A DNA stretch of 64,000 nt from an uncultured bacterium (GTDB lineage: Bacteria; Krumholzibacteriota; Krumholzibacteriia; Krumholzibacteriales; Krumholzibacteriaceae). The notes under the pieces are model-generated. The model was not told the DNA's origin, made no database searches, and worked only from the letters and a program-made list of their open reading frames with translations. The position numbers were made by a program, and so were the translations under genes. Location of the stretch: positions 11,202-75,201 of the forward strand of contig CBDUYR010000007.1 of assembly GCA_965371515.1 (NCBI GenBank). The letters run 5' to 3'. The first letter of the stretch is position 1. Each line of letters starts with the position of its first letter. Of the stretch, positions 57,728-64,000 are shown one piece after another.

Positions 57728-58829
57728 TAACGGACTCTATAGATCGTTTCACGATCCGGCGATTGCGCAGGGGCTGACCGGACGGCTCGCCGAGCTGGTC
57801 TTGCCGCGTCCGCTCTCCCTGATGCACGTGTGCGGTACTCATGAGCACTCGATAGCGAAGGCAGGGATCAGATCGATGCTGCCCACCGGCCTCAGGCTGA
57901 TCGCCGGACCGGGCTGCCCGGTCTGCGTATGCCCCGCTGCAGATATAGACCTCGCAGTGCAGGCGGCACGCCGCGAGGGTACGATCGTGACAACATTCGG
58001 GGACATGTTCAGGGTGCCCTCCGGAGACACATCGCTGGAGCTGATGAAGGCGGACGGTTGCGACGTGAGAGTCGTCTATTCCCCGCTCGACGCCGTGAAG
58101 ATAGCATCGGAGAATCCCGGGAAAGAGATAGTATTCGTTGCAGTCGGGTTCGAGACGACGGCAGGGCCGATCGCGGCGGCGATTCGATCGGGCGTTCCGG
58201 AAAACTTTTCGATAATACAGTCCATCAGGCTCGTCCCGCCTGCCCTGGAATTCCTCCTCGAAAACGGAAGAAAATCGATCGACGGGTTCATCCTGCCGGG
58301 ACACGTCAGCACCGTGCTCGGGAGGAAGGGATACTCCTTCCTCGAGGAGAAGTATGCGGTGCCTGCGGTGATATCGGGCTTCGAACCTGTCGACATCCTG
58401 AGAGGGATACTCGGACTGACCGAGATGATAATCTCCGGACCACCGTTTTCGGTCCTCAATCTTTACAGGAGGGTAGTCTCGGAAAACGGCAATGTAAAGG
58501 CGCAGGAACTCATCGACGAGGTATTCGAACCGGCTCCGTCGAACTGGAGAGGTATAGGTTCGATCCCTCTGTCCGGGCTGTCGCTGAGGGAGGAATTCTC
58601 CCATCTCGATGCTTCGAGGCGCCTTCTGCTCGAGCCTTCCGCCGATGCCGAAGACGTGAAACCGGGATGCATCTGTCACGAGGTGATACTAGGGGAGTCC
58701 GAGCCGGAGCAGTGCCCGCAGTTCGGAACGGGCTGCACGCCACGCAGGCCGCACGGGCCCTGCATGGTCTCTAGCGAGGGGACATGCCGCGCGAGATATC
58801 AGTACAGGCCCGCCGGAGATATCTATTGA
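57717..58829 (+). CDS. hypD: Hydrogenase formation protein HypD
   Basis: MHVCGTH, GPGCPVCV, GFETT, PGHVS and GPCMVSSEG.C motifs. Confidence 0.96.
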   Translation: MNNNNGLYRSFHDPAIAQGLTGRLAELVLPRPLSLMHVCGTHEHSIAKAGIRSMLPTGLRLIAGPGCPVCVCPAADIDLAVQAARREGTIVTTFGDMFRVPSGDTSLELMKADGCDVRVVYSPLDAVKIASENPGKEIVFVAVGFETTAGPIAAAIRSGVPENFSIIQSIRLVPPALEFLLENGRKSIDGFILPGHVSTVLGRKGYSFLEEKYAVPAVISGFEPVDILRGILGLTEMIISGPPFSVLNLYRRVVSENGNVKAQELIDEVFEPAPSNWRGIGSIPLSGLSLREEFSHLDASRRLLLEPSADAEDVKPGCICHEVILGESEPEQCPQFGTGCTPRRPHGPCMVSSEGTCRARYQYRPAGDIY

Positions 58830-58978
58830 CGCCCCACCGAAATCTGAATTAACGTCTTAAACGTAATAATCAGTCGAATAATCCGGCTGCGGCAGCTGTA
58901 CTCGTGATGAGTGCTGAATACGTCGCAATCCACGGCCGGTCCGGCGGTAAAGCCGGATATTCCCCAAGGGGGTACAGG

Positions 58979-59953
58979 ATGAAGGTACAGGTAGGAGATC
59001 AATCCTACAACGTCGGCGGCGGAAAGATCAGGAGCGTGGTGTACATCATCATACTCCTCATACTGATCGCGTCGGGCCTCTACTCGGTCGGAGCCGACGA
59101 GGTAGGAGTGATCCAGAGATTCGGGAAGTTCGTCCGCAAAACGGAACCGGGGCTGCACCTCAAGATCCCGATGGGGGTCGAGAGTGTCACAAAGGTCAAG
59201 GTCAAGAAGGTCTTCAAACAGGAGTTCGGATTCCGGACGCTGAAGGCCGGTGTGAGGACGCAGTACAGCACCAGGAGATATCTCGAGGAATCCCTGATGC
59301 TCACGGGCGATCTGAACGTTGCCGAGGTCGAGTGGATCGTCCAGTACAAGGTCAAGGATCCATACAACTACCTCTTCAAGATCAGGGATCCCGAGGAGAC
59401 CCTCAGGGCGATGTCCGAGGCCGTAGTGCGGCAGGTTGTCGGAGACAGGGAGGTTACCGACGTGCTCACGATCGGCAGGATAGCGATTGCCAAGGAGGTC
59501 GAGATCGGTCTGCAGAAACTGCTCGACGGCTTCGAGTCGGGGATCCAGATCGTCACGGTCAAGCTTCAGGACGTCAACCCCCCCGAGCCGGTCAAGCCGG
59601 CGTTCAACGAGGTCAACCGCTCCAAGCAGGATAAGGAGAAGATGATCAACGAGGCGTGGGAGGACTACAACAAGAGGATCCCGAAGGCAAAGGGAGAGGC
59701 CGAGCAGATGATCGCCGAGGCGGAAGGTTACGCCATGCAGAGGGTAAACCGGTCGGAGGGCGACGTCGCTCTGTTCAACCAGGTCTACAGGGAGTACAGG
59801 AACGCGCCTGACGTCACGAGGCGCAGGCTCTACCTCGAGACGATGAATGAAGTGCTGCCAAGGATCAAGGAACTGATCATCATCGACGAGAAACAGAAAG
59901 CTATACTGCCTCATCTCGATGTAGGAAAGAGCGGGAAGGGGGGTGGTCAGTGA
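58979..59953 (+). CDS. hflK: FtsH protease modulator HflK
   Basis: TM helix plus SPFH domain; RFGK, PGLH, MLTGD.N, V.PP..V..AF.EV and RLYLETM motifs. Confidence 0.92.
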   Translation: MKVQVGDQSYNVGGGKIRSVVYIIILLILIASGLYSVGADEVGVIQRFGKFVRKTEPGLHLKIPMGVESVTKVKVKKVFKQEFGFRTLKAGVRTQYSTRRYLEESLMLTGDLNVAEVEWIVQYKVKDPYNYLFKIRDPEETLRAMSEAVVRQVVGDREVTDVLTIGRIAIAKEVEIGLQKLLDGFESGIQIVTVKLQDVNPPEPVKPAFNEVNRSKQDKEKMINEAWEDYNKRIPKAKGEAEQMIAEAEGYAMQRVNRSEGDVALFNQVYREYRNAPDVTRRRLYLETMNEVLPRIKELIIIDEKQKAILPHLDVGKSGKGGGQ

Positions 59954-60924
59954 TGATTTCCGGAAAGACTATAGGAATACTGGTCGTGGCGGTGATACTG
60001 TTCATTCTGATCACCAACTCGTTCTACAAGCTGAGTGAGTCTGAGCAGGCGATCATCACCCAGTTCGGCCGTCCCGTCGGCGGAGCGATCACGGATGCGG
60101 GGCTTCATTTCAAGACCCCCATGATCCAGACACTTCACAGATTCGAGAAGAGGATCCTGAACTGGGATTCGTCTGCCGATCAGATACCGACAGCCGACAA
60201 GAAGTATATCTGGCTCGACACCACTGCAAGGTGGAGGATAGTCGATCCCCTGCGCTTCTATACATCGGTCACCAACGTCCGTGGAGCCCAGTCCAGGCTG
60301 GACGACATCATAGACTCCGCATCGAGGGACATCGTCTCGAGTTTCGTCCTCGTCGAGGTCGTCAGGAACTCGAACACGATACTCGAGAAGCGGGAAGAGG
60401 TATCCGCGGAAACAGACATCATAAGTGACGAGGAGGAAGCGGCCGTAGGCGTCCTCGAGGAGGTCGAGATCGGCAGGGAAGAGCTGACGAAGATGATCCT
60501 CGAGCGTGCTTCCGAGCTTGTCCCGCAGTACGGGATCGAGCTCCTCGACGTACATATAAAGAGGCTCAACTATATCGAGGATGTCCGCAAGAAGGTCTAT
60601 GAGCGGATGATCTCCGAGCGCCAGAGGATCGCCTCGAAGTACCGCAGCGAGGGCGAGGGAAAGCGGGCCGAGATCGGCGGAATGAAGGAGAAGGAACTCA
60701 ACAGGATATACTCCGAGGCGTACAGGACCGCGGAAACGCTCCGGGGAGAGGCCGACGCGAAGGCGACGAAGATATACGCCAACGCGTACAGGAAGGACCC
60801 GGAGTTCTACTCATTCCTCAAGACGCTCGACGTTTACAAGGCGACGATCGGAGAAAACAACCGGATCATCCTCACGACGGATACCGACCTCTACAGGTAC
60901 CTGAGAAGGATCGACCGGAGATAG
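59950..60924 (+). CDS. hflC: FtsH protease modulator HflC
   Basis: TM helix plus SPFH domain; T.DKK, WRI.DPL, RMISER, RSEG and DPEFY.F motifs. Confidence 0.93.
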   Translation: MMISGKTIGILVVAVILFILITNSFYKLSESEQAIITQFGRPVGGAITDAGLHFKTPMIQTLHRFEKRILNWDSSADQIPTADKKYIWLDTTARWRIVDPLRFYTSVTNVRGAQSRLDDIIDSASRDIVSSFVLVEVVRNSNTILEKREEVSAETDIISDEEEAAVGVLEEVEIGREELTKMILERASELVPQYGIELLDVHIKRLNYIEDVRKKVYERMISERQRIASKYRSEGEGKRAEIGGMKEKELNRIYSEAYRTAETLRGEADAKATKIYANAYRKDPEFYSFLKTLDVYKATIGENNRIILTTDTDLYRYLRRIDRR

Positions 60925-60958
60925 CGGCTCCTGAGGGCCCAGAAAGCGTTAAAAGATG

Positions 60959-60998
60959 CACGGTGAAGCCTTAACCGTTGGGAAGGGGCTTCACCGTG
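60959..60998 (+). terminator. Stem-loop after hflC (probable terminator)
   Basis: Perfect 12-bp inverted repeat CACGGTGAAGCC/GGCTTCACCGTG; weak U-tract. Confidence 0.55.
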
Positions 60999-61055
60999 TG
61001 CTATATTTAGTAAACCCCTGTCGGATAGACGTTTCTTCTGATGGAGGATCTTTTT

Positions 61056-64000
61056 ATGGGGCTTGGCTGCATGCGTGTTCGAAAATCGTCAGGCTGTACT
61101 TTTCTCGCTATTCTGCCTGTAATGCTGATTTTCGCGGGGAGCGTTTCCGCATGGAATCACTCCGAGCTCGACTGGAAGACGATCGATACGGAGCATTTCT
61201 CCGTTCATTTCCATGCGGGAGTTGAGGCAAGCGCCTTCGAGGTGGCGCGTATCGCGGAGGAGATATATCTCCCGATCACGACCCTCTACGATTACAGGCC
61301 CGACAGGGTCCACATCCATATAACAGACAGGGCCGGCCTGCCCGAAGGTGCGGCATACTACTACCTCAACAGGATCGACATCGATACGGATGACATCGAC
61401 TTTCAACTGAGGGGTAACGCCGACTGGCTGAGGAATGTAATAACTCACGAATTCACACACATGGTATCGCTGCAGGCCTCGATGAAGATGCCCCGGTGGA
61501 TGCCGGCGATCTATCTCCAGGGCTTCAATTTCGAGAGGGAAAAACGCCCCGATGTAATAACCGGATATCCCAACTTTACCGGTTCGCTCCCCCTGTCCGG
61601 AGAATCGGTCCCGAACTGGTTCGCAGAGGGCATTGCGCAGTATCAGGCGACGGACGCCAGGAACGATATCTGGGATTCACACAGGGACATGGTCCTTCGA
61701 ATGGCTGCAATCGGGGACAATCTCCTGACACTCGACCAGATGGGCGTATTCGGGAAATGCTCGGCGGACGCCGAACTCCTGTACAACCAGGGATACTCGC
61801 TGGTCAGGTACATCGCCGACAGATACGGCGAGGACAAGATCGGTCTGCTCGCCTCAGCCCACGGGAAGCTCTGGCGCGCCGGGTTCGGAGGCGCAAGCAG
61901 GGAGGTCCTAGGAATATCCGAGGGAGAGCTCTACCGCGCCTGGAAGAAAGACATTACCGCCGGGTACTCAGAGACGGCCGGTGAGATATCTCCGATGAGG
62001 GACGGTTCAAGGGAAGCTGGAGAGGGATTCTTCAACTATTATCCCGTTCCCGACGGGCAGGGTGGAATATATTACATCTCCAACATGGGCAGAGAGTACA
62101 GGGATGTGGACCTCGTGCATCGCAGCGCCGGAGGTGAAGAGAAGAAGGTAGCCGGCGACCTCTCTTCGGGCACATGCGTTTCCGCCGACGGCACGAAGCT
62201 GCTCTATTCGAGAAAATCCGACGACAACAGGCATGGATACGAATTCAACGATGTTTATGCATACGATACCGGAGCGGAGAAGGAAGAACGCCTGACCGAG
62301 GGCCTGAAGGCGTCGGGCCCGGTCTTCTCGCCGGAGGGGAAGAGGATAGCCTTTATAATCAGCGGAGATGGATTCAGCGATGTCGGTATGAAGTATCTCG
62401 ATGACGACAGTATCAGGTTGCTGTCGGGCAGCATCCCTGGTAGAAGATATACTGGTCTTTCCTGGTCCAGCCGAGGAATACTGGCGTCGAGATTCGACGG
62501 GCTGAGCAGGGATATCGTCCTTATCACTCCAGAAAGCGCCGAGGAAACGGTCCTGATCGATACCCGTGCGGACGAGAGAGATCCTCGCTGGACGGCGAAC
62601 GGCAGCGGTTTCTTCTACTCGAGCGACAGAACGGGGATATTCAACGTATATTACAGGGACATCGCCACCGGCGCAGACCTGATGGTCACCGATATGGAAG
62701 GCGGCGCCTTCCAGGCAAGCGAGGACGGGAATGACCTCCTGTTCGCCGCGTTCGGAAGAAACGGATACGAGATAAGGCGGATCGGTGACTGGCGGGCTTC
62801 TGCGGTCGTGCCTGAACAGGCGGTGGACGAGGTGCTGCTTGCGGAGAGGGCAGCCGTTATCGGCGGAGGCAGGGCCGGATTTCCGGCCGATTCACTCGAG
62901 GTGAGCGGGAAGTACAAGGTCACATACACCATGCCGTTTCTCTTCCCGAGGATGATGGTATACGACAACAAGTTCCGACTCGGATTCGTACTGGATTCGA
63001 GGGATTTCCTCGACCGGCAGAGCGTTTACGCGGCTGCCTCGGCGTCGTTCGACGGCGAGTTCGATATACAGTTAGGAGCGGAGTTCAGGCAGCTCAAACC
63101 GACCTTCATGTTCGATCTGCTGAGGATGCGGAAGTACTGGGAGGTCAACGATCCCTCATCGGGAGAGATCAGGTACAGGTACGACCTATGGGATGCCTAC
63201 TTCACATGCAAGCTGGAGTTCGAGCAGGAGACGATCAGAAGGCGCAAGGATATCTCGATAAGGTACAACCACGGAGAGTACGGCATTAATATAAACGCGT
63301 GGCAGGAGATCGATGTCGAGCTGGGCTGGAACTACTACAAGGCGGACGAAGTAGCACTGATGTACGACTACAGGAACATTAAAAAGAGTCTTGAATTTAA
63401 CATAAACCCTCAGGGAGGAAGAAAGCTGCACATCGAGGGCTCGGTCGTCAGGGCCAAGATCGCGGAGGGATTCGATTATAGCCAACATCCTCTGTACATC
63501 GACAATAATTTCATGCGGTACGTCTTTTTGTACGAGGAGTATCTGCCGCTTCCAATGTGGTCCCACGCACTCACGGTATTTCTTAGGACTGGGTGGATAG
63601 ATCGCGAGGAGATCGACGACTTCTTCTATCTGTATATGGGCAGCCGTGACGGCCTGAGGGGCTACTCGTATTACAGCATCGGAGGAACGAAGAACGCAAT
63701 GGGACGTCTTACGTATCGCTTCCCGATCTGGAGGAATATCGACTACCAGATCCCCGGCATCTATTTCCAGTCGATCTACGCGGCTGTCTTCGCCGAAGCG
63801 GGCAAGGCCTGGAACGAGAATACGTTCGATATCGAAGATCTGAAGACAGGAGTCGGGTATGAGCTGAGGCTGAGCGGGTTCACATTCTTCAGCTATCCGC
63901 TCGCCGCGACGTTCATGGGGGCGTACGGCCTCGATACAATAGAATACAAAGATCCTTTCGTCACAGAGCTGTCGTACACAGAGGGCGAGGAGTGGAGATA
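61056..64000 (+). CDS. Outer-membrane protein with gluzincin-like domain, TolB/PD40 propeller and Omp85/BamA-like barrel; runs off the window end
   Basis: Absent from the ORF track because there is no stop in the window. ATG 61056 after GGAGG; signal peptide; WKTIDTEHF, VITHEFTH and WFAEG; PVFSPEG and SSDRTGIFNVY propeller repeats; LRGY and YRFPI barrel motifs. Confidence 0.82.
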   Translation, partial: MGLGCMRVRKSSGCTFLAILPVMLIFAGSVSAWNHSELDWKTIDTEHFSVHFHAGVEASAFEVARIAEEIYLPITTLYDYRPDRVHIHITDRAGLPEGAAYYYLNRIDIDTDDIDFQLRGNADWLRNVITHEFTHMVSLQASMKMPRWMPAIYLQGFNFEREKRPDVITGYPNFTGSLPLSGESVPNWFAEGIAQYQATDARNDIWDSHRDMVLRMAAIGDNLLTLDQMGVFGKCSADAELLYNQGYSLVRYIADRYGEDKIGLLASAHGKLWRAGFGGASREVLGISEGELYRAWKKDITAGYSETAGEISPMRDGSREAGEGFFNYYPVPDGQGGIYYISNMGREYRDVDLVHRSAGGEEKKVAGDLSSGTCVSADGTKLLYSRKSDDNRHGYEFNDVYAYDTGAEKEERLTEGLKASGPVFSPEGKRIAFIISGDGFSDVGMKYLDDDSIRLLSGSIPGRRYTGLSWSSRGILASRFDGLSRDIVLITPESAEETVLIDTRADERDPRWTANGSGFFYSSDRTGIFNVYYRDIATGADLMVTDMEGGAFQASEDGNDLLFAAFGRNGYEIRRIGDWRASAVVPEQAVDEVLLAERAAVIGGGRAGFPADSLEVSGKYKVTYTMPFLFPRMMVYDNKFRLGFVLDSRDFLDRQSVYAAASASFDGEFDIQLGAEFRQLKPTFMFDLLRMRKYWEVNDPSSGEIRYRYDLWDAYFTCKLEFEQETIRRRKDISIRYNHGEYGININAWQEIDVELGWNYYKADEVALMYDYRNIKKSLEFNINPQGGRKLHIEGSVVRAKIAEGFDYSQHPLYIDNNFMRYVFLYEEYLPLPMWSHALTVFLRTGWIDREEIDDFFYLYMGSRDGLRGYSYYSIGGTKNAMGRLTYRFPIWRNIDYQIPGIYFQSIYAAVFAEAGKAWNENTFDIEDLKTGVGYELRLSGFTFFSYPLAATFMGAYGLDTIEYKDPFVTELSYTEGEEWR

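Noticed and set aside
1..64000. CRISPR arrays, IS elements, prophage genes, rRNA
   Set aside because: No regularly spaced repeats, transposase or phage genes, or rRNA-like sequence were seen.

Overview
This is a gene-dense, GC-rich chromosomal window from a diderm, probably anaerobic bacterium. An FCB-group candidate lineage such as Krumholzibacteriota/Latescibacterota is suggested by the FlgD-Ig C-terminal domain, a GWxTD-type protein and SWxxIK tails, but this is inference only. It holds about 50 CDSs and one tRNA-Glu(TTC). In order: a partial acetoacetyl-CoA synthetase, several exported peptidases (M14, M1, M28-PDZ, an unclassified gluzincin, amidase, GGT), a GAF-PP2C phosphatase with a TPR Ser/Thr kinase, tdh-kbl-hppA, ychF-archease-rtcB, an hdrCBA-mvhDGA [NiFe]-hydrogenase/heterodisulfide reductase cluster with a maturation protease and hypABCD, hflKC, and a partial peptidase/propeller/Omp85-like gene. 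Four observations stand out. (1) An intact 922-aa DnaE (Pol III alpha) homolog has lost all three catalytic aspartates, the GRGS motif and several PHP metal ligands, and ends right after a QMSLF beta-clamp motif, making it a candidate pseudo-polymerase clamp adaptor. (2) Two tandem secreted paralogs end in a shared CxxGTxxxSWxxIKxI tail, a candidate minimal C-terminal sorting signal. (3) A nitroreductase appears to start at CTG. (4) A compositionally distinct block follows tRNA-Glu. I saw no CRISPR array, integrase or transposase.
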